Translations under genes and position numbers: made by a program
The notes under the pieces: generated by a model
What the model was told of the DNA's origin: nothing
The model's database searches: none
The model's input: only the letters and a program-made list of their open reading frames with translations
NCBI GenBank assembly: GCA_030141605.1
Contig: JAQGDQ010001509.1
Location: forward strand, 1-37,242
DNA from: Tubiluchus corallicola
Lineage: Eukaryota; Animalia; Priapulida
Direction of reading: 5' to 3'
DNA length: 37,242 nucleotides
In this document: positions 36,986-37,242 of the stretch, piece by piece
How the letters are laid out: the number at the start of each line of letters is the position of its first letter
Numbering within the stretch: the stretch's first letter is position 1

Positions 36986-37242
36986 TGTTGTGGAGATCGC
37001 TGGCATCAATTAGAATTACATAGAACATCGTAGAATGTTCCGTCGGAATGACTGCCTTACCGTCTGGAATGTTCTGGAACATTACTTCTGGAAGTTTCTA
37101 CAGCGCACTATATAAGGCGAAGCAGGACGCTGACACGGGGGCACACAGGACACACGCAGATCTCACGGACGTAATACTTACATTTTCAGATACACTTAAA
37201 TGTTTTCCAGATTTTCACGTTTAGTGTAATCATTTCTCGTTC
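36986..37242 (+). mobile_element. Solo LTR, mirror of 12484-12847, truncated by the window end
   Basis: Starts tgttgtggagatcgc; contains tatataagg. Confidence 0.8.

Larger units (their letters stand above)
27003..37242. repeat. Right arm of the giant inverted duplication (continues to the window end)
   Basis: The final bases ttagtgtaatcatttctcgttc are the reverse complement of 12591 onward. Confidence 0.97.

Noticed and set aside
24512-37242. Full-length LTR retroelement (direct LTRs at 24512 and 36986) that captured GAL3ST
   Set aside because: The 24512 LTR has its own perfect TSD (solo), the two LTRs are visibly diverged, no PBS, PPT or gag-pol is seen, the genes retain introns, and the 36986 copy is just the mirror of 12484-12847.
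12591-37242. Giant-TIR transposon (Maverick/Polinton or foldback) or linear virus/plasmid with long terminal repeats
   Set aside because: The arms are ordinary intron-containing host genes, and no transposase, integrase, polymerase or capsid ORF lies between them.

Overview
AT-rich animal (invertebrate-like) genomic DNA with spliceosomal introns; no prokaryotic features. It contains a complete 3-exon TRIR/C19orf43 orthologue (+, 9605-14801) and a galactose-3-O-sulfotransferase (GAL3ST-family) gene present twice, head-to-head. The dominant structure is a giant palindrome: 12591-22824 is mirrored almost base-for-base at 27003-37242, and the right arm runs off the window end. It duplicates GAL3ST, TRIR exon 3, several MITEs, a SINE, a solo LTR and four minisatellites. 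The 4.2-kb centre holds a left-only 2-kb block (63-bp array, a probable extra GAL3ST coding exon, a solo LTR with a 5-bp TSD) and an older, diverged ~0.9-kb inverted repeat built on a LINE fragment. The joint shows microhomology, which suggests fold-back palindrome formation seeded by the older repeat. An assembly artefact cannot be excluded without reads. The left third has large 119-bp and 47-bp tandem arrays and two hAT-like MITEs. All alignments were done by eye. I found no clearly novel protein-coding system.
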